A stretch of DNA of 64,000 nucleotides from an uncultured Candidatus Saccharibacteria bacterium (GTDB taxonomy: Bacteria; Patescibacteriota; Minisyncoccia; UBA6257; 1-14-0-10-44-23), in contig CAZJVT010000001.1 of assembly GCA_964549935.1 (NCBI GenBank), positions 91,922-155,921 on the forward strand, read 5' to 3'. A program made the position numbers and the translations under genes. How positions within the stretch are numbered: the stretch's first letter is position 1; each line of letters starts with the position of its first letter. Positions 56,889 to 64,000 of the stretch are shown here, one piece after another. Under the pieces are notes generated by a model, which was not told the origin of the DNA, searched no databases, and was given only the letters and a program-made list of their open reading frames with translations.

Positions 56889-57512
56889 GTGTGTTACTCT
56901 AAAAGTATGAAACGATTTTTTACCATTGCCGCGGTCGTTATCGTCCTTGGTGGAGCGTATCTTTATTTTGCCCAGCCGGTAGTGCCACAGCCGGGCGGTT
57001 CTTTGACTGAAGCACAGGCGCGAGTCATCGCCGAGAACTCCTGTATCAAAGGCGGAGCGGCGCTCGAGGCGGGCCAATATAATGCGGTTACAAAAACCTG
57101 GCGGTATAGTGCGAATTTAAATGCGACGCGGCCCAGTTGTACGCCTGCCTGTGTTGTGAGCGAGGCACAGGGGACGGCGGCCGTCGCATGGGAGTGTACG
57201 GAGGTCAATCAAGCGGATAGTATCGACGGTGATACGGTTATCGTCGCCGGCAAAGTGGTTGCTATTAATCTTGAGCAGGCGATGGTGGACGGGCCGTATC
57301 TGATCACCTTAGAATCTGCGAAAAGTAAAAAGTATACCGTCGCTGTCCCGGCGCGCGGGTTTACGATGTGCGTTGCCAATCAAAGCAATTCAGTTGCTGA
57401 TGTTTCCCAGATTAAAACCGGTGAGCAGTATGAGGTACGGGGAAGCGTGAACGCGAATGGCTACATCATGCCCTGTGAGTCAGCAGATCATTACTTGCGG
57501 TTGGTGCGGTAG
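56889..57512 (+). CDS. Secreted hypothetical protein with several Cys residues
   Basis: ORF with signal peptide. Confidence 0.45.
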   Translation: MCYSKSMKRFFTIAAVVIVLGGAYLYFAQPVVPQPGGSLTEAQARVIAENSCIKGGAALEAGQYNAVTKTWRYSANLNATRPSCTPACVVSEAQGTAAVAWECTEVNQADSIDGDTVIVAGKVVAINLEQAMVDGPYLITLESAKSKKYTVAVPARGFTMCVANQSNSVADVSQIKTGEQYEVRGSVNANGYIMPCESADHYLRLVR

Positions 57513-57534
57513 AGGATTTTAAAGCGACGGGCGG

Positions 57535-58380
57535 TTACCGAAAGCTACTGACAAACTGCAACGGGTCCACCGAGACGCCGTTTATTTTTATCGAGAGGTG
57601 CAGGTGCGGGGCGCTGGCCAGGCCGGTTTCGCCGAGCGTGCCAACTATGGCGCCTTTGGAAACCGTTTCGCCGGTTGCGACTCGTAGCGTGTCGAGGTGG
57701 AGGTAGAGGCTGTAGATGCCTCGGCCGTGATTAATAATCACAGAGTTGCCGTAGACCGAGTCGAGGTAGGCTTTGGCGACGAGGCCGTCATTAATTGCCG
57801 CGACCGGTGTGCCTTTGGGTAGATCGAAGTCGGTGCCGAGGTGGGTGATTTTTTCTGTTCCTGTTTTGCGAGTCTCGCCGAAGCGGCTGGAGATTTTGTT
57901 ATCAGTCAGAGGAAGGGCGAAGGGCGCGCCAAAGAGCGTCGTCCCGGTTATGGTTTTTACGAAGCTGTTGATGCTGGAGTTAGTGACGGCGAGATTTTGG
58001 ACCAGCTGCTTGGGCGTTTGGTTGAGCTTGGGCGGCACGGGGAGATTGATGACGTTTGGCGTGAAGCGGGTGATGCGAAACGTTTTGGTGACGCTGAGAG
58101 GCTCGCCCGTGGTACTCCTTAGGGTTTTAAACTGCGTTACGAGTTTGACTGAGCCGGTATAGGCGCCGAGTGAAAACGGGACGACCAGTCGCCAGCCGTT
58201 TTGATACGGGAATGGGGTAAGTGCATTTTTGCCCAGCGTGACTTTGGTCGGCTGCTCGTCGAAGGCGACGATGAGGGTCTGCCCCTGCTGCACGGTCGGC
58301 GTGACGAGGTCCACCGTCGCGGCGTGGGCCGGCAGGGTCATAGCGAGCAGAAGGCCGGTTATGAGAAGAAGTTTACGCAT
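57535..58380 (-). CDS. M23-family (LytM-like) peptidoglycan endopeptidase with signal peptide
   Basis: HLGTDF and HLHLSI zinc-ligand motifs. Confidence 0.85.
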   Translation of the reverse strand: MRKLLLITGLLLAMTLPAHAATVDLVTPTVQQGQTLIVAFDEQPTKVTLGKNALTPFPYQNGWRLVVPFSLGAYTGSVKLVTQFKTLRSTTGEPLSVTKTFRITRFTPNVINLPVPPKLNQTPKQLVQNLAVTNSSINSFVKTITGTTLFGAPFALPLTDNKISSRFGETRKTGTEKITHLGTDFDLPKGTPVAAINDGLVAKAYLDSVYGNSVIINHGRGIYSLYLHLDTLRVATGETVSKGAIVGTLGETGLASAPHLHLSIKINGVSVDPLQFVSSFR

Positions 58381-58499
58381 AGGTGCCTGTTAAGTATAAG
58401 ACGAGCAGCGAGGCCGGATGTTACTAGAGCTTTGTTATAAAGTTGAATGTCGCACGTCTAATACGGTAGAGTAAGGTAGTAACCAAAGTAATTTATCGT

Positions 58500-59666
58500 A
58501 TGAAAATTAAATTTTTGAACGTGGCGACGCTGGTTGTATTAGTCATCGCAATTGCCGGGGCCTGGTGGTATGGCACGCGGCACAACGCGACCTGGACGAG
58601 CATCACGACCTTTGAGCAGTGTGCACAGCTTTACCCAGTGATGGAGAGCTACCCGGAGCAGTGTGCCACGCCGGATGGGCGTAGTTTTGTGCGCGACATT
58701 AGTAATGACATGCAAAACTTGATTCAAGTTAGTTATCCGCAGCCAAATGCGCCGGTCGCTAGTCCGCTGACTGTCACCGGGCAGGCGCGCGGCAACTTTT
58801 ACTTCGAAGCCAGCTTTCCCGTAAAACTCTTGGATGCAAACGGCGCCGTTTTAGCGCAGGTGCCGGCGCAGGCCCAGGGGGAGTGGATGACGGAGGAGTT
58901 TGTCCCATTTAAAGCCTCGCTCAACTTCAAAACGCCAACGACGAAGACCGGTGTGTTAGTTTTACAAAACGACAATCCGTCCGGCGATCCGGCTAAGAGT
59001 AAGGAGCTCCGAATTCCGGTGCAGTTTGGTGAGTCGGGAGTTGTGAAGTTTGGCCAGAAATTTACTCTAACGACGGGTGATACTGTGTTTTTGCCGGATG
59101 ACTTAGAGGTGAAATTAGCTGAAATTACAGACTCACGCTGCAAGCCTGGTGTCCAGTGTATTTGGGCGGGAGAATTATCGCCGCTTTTATGGGTTACGCG
59201 AAACGGAGCGACGCCATCGCCGCTGAAAGATGTTCAGCTTGGCACGCTTGATCATAAGGTTGTTTATTACGATACCTATTCGTTTACATTAGTTGAAGCG
59301 ACTGAGACGAGCGCGACTATCATTGCAGACGTTGCGGCCCAGGGGAAAGGCGGGAGTGGGGTTGTCGGATATGTTCATGTCGGGCCGACCTGCCCGGTTG
59401 GAAAAAATCCTCCGGATCCGAAATGTGCCGACAAGCCGGCGGCGAATATTGAGGTTGTGTTTACGAAAGTTGGAGGGGCAGTTGCAGCTCGGGTTGATAG
59501 TACAGAGCAGGGGCACATTCGCGTTGCCCTGCCGGCAGGCTCTTATGTCGTGACCGCAGTTTCGCCAGCTAATAACCAGCTGCCGCGGTGCGAGACAAAA
59601 ACGATTGCGCTCAAAACAGGTGAGCTGCAGGCTCTTGATATCAGCTGCGACAGCGGAATTCGGTAA
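58500..59666 (+). CDS. Secreted hypothetical protein (N-terminal anchor, beta-rich)
   Basis: ORF only. Confidence 0.45.
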   Translation: MKIKFLNVATLVVLVIAIAGAWWYGTRHNATWTSITTFEQCAQLYPVMESYPEQCATPDGRSFVRDISNDMQNLIQVSYPQPNAPVASPLTVTGQARGNFYFEASFPVKLLDANGAVLAQVPAQAQGEWMTEEFVPFKASLNFKTPTTKTGVLVLQNDNPSGDPAKSKELRIPVQFGESGVVKFGQKFTLTTGDTVFLPDDLEVKLAEITDSRCKPGVQCIWAGELSPLLWVTRNGATPSPLKDVQLGTLDHKVVYYDTYSFTLVEATETSATIIADVAAQGKGGSGVVGYVHVGPTCPVGKNPPDPKCADKPAANIEVVFTKVGGAVAARVDSTEQGHIRVALPAGSYVVTAVSPANNQLPRCETKTIALKTGELQALDISCDSGIR

Positions 59667-59691
59667 AATTTCTCAAGGCGGAGCGACAGCT

Positions 59692-59708
59692 CGTTGAGCC
59701 GTGAGAAT
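59692..59708. repeat. Partial copy (3' half) of the dispersed palindromic element (CGTTGAGCCGTGAGAAT)
   Basis: Matches the 3' half of copy 1 at 45570-45589. Confidence 0.5.
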
Positions 59709-59744
59709 TTCCGGCCTCTTTTCTGCTACACTGGAGGCATCTTT

Positions 59745-60269
59745 ATGCAGATTGTTACTAGTACACGAGCCCGGCGGGTGCGCATTACAATTCGTCCGGG
59801 TGGGGAGGTCGTGGCGACGCTGCCGCGCGGGGTGAGTCGGGCGGTACTCGACCGATTTTTGGCGCGCAAGGCGGCTTGGATCGCCGGTGCTGTCGCTCGG
59901 ATGAAAAAGGTGGCCACACCGGTTAAGCTGCCACGCGGACACTATAAGGCCAATCGCGCTGCGGCGCTCAAGTTTGTCCGCGAACGAATCGTCGTGCTTA
60001 ACGCGCAGTACGGGTTTACGTTTCAATCAATCACAATTCGCAATCAGAGGTCTCGCTGGGGGAGTTGCTCAAAGCGGGGCAACTTGAGTTTTAACTATCG
60101 TTTGCTGCTTTTGCCGCCGGAGCTGGCTGATTACGTCATCGTGCACGAGCTCTGCCACCTGCAAGAGCTCAATCACTCACCGCGGTTTTGGGCGCTGGTT
60201 GCCCGTGCTATTCCGCACCCGAAAAAGGCCCGAGCCGCTCTGCGGCGGTACAGCTTGAAATTGGGATAA
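59745..60269 (+). CDS. YgjP/SprT-like DUF45 zinc metallopeptidase (M48 family)
   Basis: HELCHLQELNHSPRFW (HExxH...H) with a GGAGG SD 9 nt upstream. Confidence 0.7.
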   Translation: MQIVTSTRARRVRITIRPGGEVVATLPRGVSRAVLDRFLARKAAWIAGAVARMKKVATPVKLPRGHYKANRAAALKFVRERIVVLNAQYGFTFQSITIRNQRSRWGSCSKRGNLSFNYRLLLLPPELADYVIVHELCHLQELNHSPRFWALVARAIPHPKKARAALRRYSLKLG

Positions 60270-60330
60270 CAAAAAACGCCTTTGTGGGCGTCTTCTGTTG
60301 AGAGTTGCGGATATGGGACGAAGTTGGAAC

Positions 60331-60603
60331 TTATTTTAAGCAAATATAGAAAATACTAGTTAGTAGTATTTGGATAAAAATCACCAACGAAAGCTTCTTG
60401 AGGTTGGTGAATGATACTAGGGAGAGGTGCTGGAATAACCGATATATCGCCAAAGACAAAAAGTATACAATCACTGCCATCCCCATGACCACGAGAAGAT
60501 TTGGACCTTCAGGGTCATTAAACAACCAGAACATTGTTCTAGAGAACACAACAGCTGTTATGCCAAGGATGAGCAATGAGGTATTTTTTGGATTGAACTG
60601 CAT
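60331..60603 (-). CDS. Hypothetical small membrane protein (90 aa, low GC)
   Basis: ORF only, with two or three hydrophobic helices. It sits directly downstream of tRNA-Gln. Confidence 0.3.
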   Translation of the reverse strand: MQFNPKNTSLLILGITAVVFSRTMFWLFNDPEGPNLLVVMGMAVIVYFLSLAIYRLFQHLSLVSFTNLKKLSLVIFIQILLTSIFYICLK

Positions 60604-60618
60604 AGGAAAATGTATTTG

Positions 60619-60689
60619 TTGGGAGACTAGGATTCGAACCTAGATACACGCCTCCAGAGGGCGCGGTCCTACCATTAGACGATCTCCCA
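60619..60689 (-). tRNA. tRNA-Gln (anticodon CTG) with a U1-A72 pair
   Basis: Reverse complement reads TGGGAGATCGTCTAATGGTAGGACCGCGCCCTCTGGAGGCGTGTATCTAGGTTCGAATCCTAGTCTCCCAA. Anticodon stem GCGCC/GGCGT, loop CTCTGGA, T-loop TTCGAAT. Confidence 0.8.
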
Positions 60690-60824
60690 GGCGGTAGAAA
60701 CGGTCCAGTTATTTTGCCTCAATTTAGCTTATTTTGCAACTTTTCTCGTGATATACTGAAGTAAGTTCCGGTTTTGGCGGTTTTCCCGCTGCCTGCTTTC
60801 TACTAACTACTATCTACTATCCCG

Positions 60825-62063
60825 ATGGCTGACGGAGACGCAAAAATAGACATGTCGGTTATCGACGCGGAGGTTAATAAAAAACCTCCGTTTCGCTCCA
60901 TCATCAAAATCGTGGACGCCTTTATTGCGCAGGCGTTTTTTGCTCGCTCATCCGATGTGCACCTTGATCCGGAGGAGAAGCGGCTGCGTGTCCGGTTCCG
61001 TATCGACGGCGTGCTGCACGACGTCTACGCCTTCCCGAAAGAGCTGCACCAGGAAATCATCACGCGTATTAAAGTGCTCTCGGCATTACGTACCGATGAA
61101 CACCAGGCGGCGCAGGACGGCCGTATGCGCATTTTGATTCCGGAGAATCCGCCGGTAGACGTCCGTGTTTCAATTACGCCGACCTACTTCGGAGAAAACT
61201 GCGTTATGCGTCTGCTCATCGCGCACGCTGATGACTTTACGCTTAAAAACTTGGGCTTCTCGCCGCACAACCTGGCTATCATCGCGCGGGCAATTAAAAA
61301 GCCGTATGGACTGATGCTGGCGACCGGTCCGACCGGTAGCGGTAAGACGACGACACTGTACATGGTGCTTAAAGAAATTAATCGTCCGGAGGTTTCGATT
61401 ATTACCATCGAAGACCCAATCGAATACTCGCTGCCCGGCGTGGACCAGATTCAGGTCAATGCCAAGACCGGTTTAACGTTTGCTAACGGTCTGCGTTCAA
61501 TCTTGCGTCAGGACCCTAATGTCGTAATGGTCGGTGAAATTCGTGACGGTGAGACGGCGAGCATCGCCGTCAACGCCGCTATGACCGGTCACTTAGTGCT
61601 TTCCACATTGCACACCAACGACGCACCGACGACTATTCCGCGTTTACTCGACTTGGGCGTTGAGCCGTTTTTGATTGCGTCCACCGTCAACATCGCTATC
61701 GGTCAGCGTCTGGTGCGTACTATTTGTTCTGATTGCAAAGTTAAAAAAGAATTAACCGAGGAGGAAATAGAGGGACTTAAAGAAGCCTTTCCGGCGGAGC
61801 TTTTGGCAAACAACAAAATCTTTTATCGTGGCGAGGGCTGCAACCGTTGCTCGGGCAGCGGCTACCGCGGGCGTGTCGGTATTCATGAAGTCTTAGAAGT
61901 CGACGAGGTGATTCGTCAGTTGGTTATGCGACGCGCTAATGCCGACGAGGTACGTGCAACTGCAATTAAAAACGGAATGATTACGATGACGGTAGACGGA
62001 TTTTATAAGGCGGTACAGGGGATTACGACACTCGACGAGATTCTGCGTGTGTTCCACGAGTAG
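60825..62063 (+). CDS. pilB: Type IV pilus assembly / type II secretion ATPase (PilB/GspE family)
   Basis: Walker A LATGPTGSGKTTTL, Asp box, His box and a C-terminal CxxC...CxxC tetracysteine. Confidence 0.85.
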   Translation: MADGDAKIDMSVIDAEVNKKPPFRSIIKIVDAFIAQAFFARSSDVHLDPEEKRLRVRFRIDGVLHDVYAFPKELHQEIITRIKVLSALRTDEHQAAQDGRMRILIPENPPVDVRVSITPTYFGENCVMRLLIAHADDFTLKNLGFSPHNLAIIARAIKKPYGLMLATGPTGSGKTTTLYMVLKEINRPEVSIITIEDPIEYSLPGVDQIQVNAKTGLTFANGLRSILRQDPNVVMVGEIRDGETASIAVNAAMTGHLVLSTLHTNDAPTTIPRLLDLGVEPFLIASTVNIAIGQRLVRTICSDCKVKKELTEEEIEGLKEAFPAELLANNKIFYRGEGCNRCSGSGYRGRVGIHEVLEVDEVIRQLVMRRANADEVRATAIKNGMITMTVDGFYKAVQGITTLDEILRVFHE

Positions 62064-62092
62064 TCGGCTCTTTGAGGGGGTATACTTAGTAT

Positions 62093-63649
62093 ATGGAAGA
62101 GCAAGCCTCTGCAGGAGGTCAATCAGTCATGCCGGCAACTACGCCGGCGGTCAAACCGGTCGTTGATCCGGTTATTCCGGCTGGCGCGAAAGACAGCTCT
62201 GTACTGCCGGAAATTCACATAGAGCCCGTCAGTTCGCCGTCGGTGGAAGAGCCCGCACCGGCTACCGCAGCACCGGCATCGTTGCAGTCTCCGGAGGTTA
62301 TGACTGATGTCGCCGGGCAGCCCGCGCAGGCACCACAAACCTATACCTCTGCCTTTGACGCGCCGAAGCCCGAGTCCGCAGCGGACGCACACTCTGTACT
62401 AGACACAAAAGCGCCCGACTCCAATATCCCTAGTGATTTGCGTATTCAGTTGCCGGCTGACGAGCTTCGCGGGCAAAATCCTACCCAAAAAGCAGCACCG
62501 GCTATTGTAGCCGAGCCACCGCCGGCGACTAAGAAAAAGGCTGCGCTCAATTTGAATTTCAATGTTGAAAACGCGAGCAACTCTTTCATGGCAAAGCTGA
62601 ATTATTTGCACGTGAGCCTGGAGGAGCGCGTACTCTTTGCCCGCCAGCTTTCTGTTGGTGTTAAGGCCGGGCTCTCGATGCAAGACAGCTTAATGCTGCT
62701 GCGTTCCCAGACAAAGTCGCCGTCAATGAAGAAGATTTTGAGTGCAATCGTTCACGATACGGCTAACGGTATGTATTTATCGGCGAGTTTAGAAAATTAC
62801 AAAAATATCTTCGGTCAGCTCTTTATCAACATCGTCCGTGTCGGTGAGCAGACCGGTACGCTTATCGAAAACTTAAACTATCTCGCAGAAGAACTCAAGA
62901 AAAAGCAGGAGCTTGTTTCGCGGGTGCGCGGCGCTTTAATTTACCCGGCGGTCATCATGGTCGCGACGATTGGTATCGTCGTTACCCTCATTGTCGGCGT
63001 ATTTCCAAAGATTTTGCCGGTGTTTACGAGTTTGAATATCAAGCTCCCGCTTACGACCCGTATTTTGATTGCGACGACGCACATTTTGACGACTTACACG
63101 CTTTGGATCGGCCTCGGCCTCGTTGCTTTGATTATCACTTTCATATTGCTCTCGCGTCAGGAATGGTTTAAAAACTTTTTCGATCACGCGCTGCTTCGGT
63201 TGCCGATTTTGAGTTCTATCGCCATGAAGGTGAACCTCGTCAACATTACCCGTGTCCTCGGTTTGCTGCTTAAGAGTGGCGTGCAGATTATTGAAGCGGT
63301 TAACATTACCGCCGACGCGCTCGACAACCGGTTTTACCGGTACGAGCTGAAAGTCGCAGGGGAGACGCTGCGACGCGGTGAGTTTTTCTCTGTGCACCTC
63401 GCGAAAAATACCATGCTCTTTCCGCCGATTTTTACCAACATGATTCAGGTTGGCGAAAATACCGGCAACTTAAGCGAAAACCTAGCGTATCTCGCTTCGT
63501 ACTACGAAGAGGATGTCGACAACTTCTTAAAAAACCTCAACAGCATTATCGAGCCGGTGCTGCTGCTTTTCATGGGACTCCTCGTCGGGTTTATGGCGCT
63601 TTCGGTCATTACTCCGATTTACCAAATTAGTCAGACGCTAACTCGTTGA
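62093..63649 (+). CDS. pilC: Type IV pilus / T2SS platform protein (PilC/GspF family) with a 170-aa Pro/Ala-rich N-terminal extension
   Basis: Two GspF repeats. The N-terminal region is low-complexity (PATTPAVKPVVDPVIPAGA...). Confidence 0.8.
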   Translation: MEEQASAGGQSVMPATTPAVKPVVDPVIPAGAKDSSVLPEIHIEPVSSPSVEEPAPATAAPASLQSPEVMTDVAGQPAQAPQTYTSAFDAPKPESAADAHSVLDTKAPDSNIPSDLRIQLPADELRGQNPTQKAAPAIVAEPPPATKKKAALNLNFNVENASNSFMAKLNYLHVSLEERVLFARQLSVGVKAGLSMQDSLMLLRSQTKSPSMKKILSAIVHDTANGMYLSASLENYKNIFGQLFINIVRVGEQTGTLIENLNYLAEELKKKQELVSRVRGALIYPAVIMVATIGIVVTLIVGVFPKILPVFTSLNIKLPLTTRILIATTHILTTYTLWIGLGLVALIITFILLSRQEWFKNFFDHALLRLPILSSIAMKVNLVNITRVLGLLLKSGVQIIEAVNITADALDNRFYRYELKVAGETLRRGEFFSVHLAKNTMLFPPIFTNMIQVGENTGNLSENLAYLASYYEEDVDNFLKNLNSIIEPVLLLFMGLLVGFMALSVITPIYQISQTLTR

Positions 63650-63675
63650 ACGTAAAACGTGCAACTTGTAACGCA

Positions 63676-64000
63676 TGAATAAAAAAAGTGTGAAAAAACA
63701 GGATCCTACGTTCTACGCTCTACGTTCTACGCTCTACGCAGCGAAGGGCTTCAGCCTCATCGAGATTGTTATCACTATCGCGATCTTCCTGATTCTCTCG
63801 GGTGGTATTTATGCAACCTATGCCAATATTTTGGAGGTCATTGGGAAAACACATCTGCGTACTCTGGCGGTTTCGTTGCTTACCAAAGAAATTGAGTATG
63901 TCCGCAATTTGAAGTATGACGACGTCGGTATCATCGGTGGCGCGCCGGCAGGGGTTATACCGCAAACAAAGACTGTTAATTATGAGGGTCAGCAGTTTAC
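63676..64000 (+). CDS. Type IV pilin/pseudopilin precursor (partial; runs off the window end)
   Basis: Class III signal with the prepilin peptidase site AAKG/FSLIEIVITIAIFL and E+5. Confidence 0.6.

Noticed and set aside
1-64000. Transposases, integrases, CRISPR-Cas, phage structural genes
   Set aside because: I searched by motif recall for DDE, tyrosine recombinase, Cas and capsid/terminase signatures and found none. Only the HNH endonuclease and the tRNA remnant hint at mobility.

Overview
This 64-kb window reads as a chromosomal segment from a small-genome bacterium with about 50% GC. Gene content and style suggest a Patescibacteria/CPR-like lineage such as Saccharibacteria, but that is inference only. 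Most of the window is housekeeping and cell-envelope genes. They include RNase J, a PGI/PMI-like SIS protein, an OppA-like binding protein, SecG, an HTH-MurA fusion, two MreB paralogs with mreCD-PBP2, HolB, Frr, RseP, ProS, TpiA, VanW, an RF2-like protein, a two-component pair, FtsEX, a P-type ATPase, GlnA, a PMI-cupin plus three GH130 phosphorylase domains, MsrA, a lipid-salvage cluster (DgkA, a PgsA-like transferase, CdsA, AcpS and an Aas-like acyl-ligase/carrier/acyltransferase fusion), MetK behind a SAM-I riboswitch, and the start of a type IV pilus locus (PilB, PilC, pilin). I found four tRNAs: Leu-CAG, Gly-CCC, Thr-CGT and Gln-CTG. The main accessory features are listed below.
- A low-GC 5-gene island at 49293..54470 carries a Type III restriction-modification system (mod, an unknown zinc-ribbon protein, res, a PD-(D/E)xK-like protein and a membrane-anchored wHTH protein). 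It is bracketed exactly by two copies of a dispersed 35-bp palindromic element.
- An ArsR-family regulator and three downstream genes each sit behind an identical 29-bp operator-like motif.
- A perfect 16-bp palindrome, ATATCATATATGATAT, recurs four times.
- Two conserved leader blocks are shared by the murA-fusion and msrA upstream regions.
- A 950-bp gene-free region at 44651..45600 has a strong extended -10 promoter, a terminated sRNA of about 145 nt with SRP-RNA-like motifs, and an exact 17-nt match to the 16S 3' terminus on the minus strand.
- A tRNA-Gly gene is followed by a tRNA 3'-half-like remnant.
- An HNH endonuclease sits next to tRNA-Thr.
I saw no CRISPR arrays or transposases.
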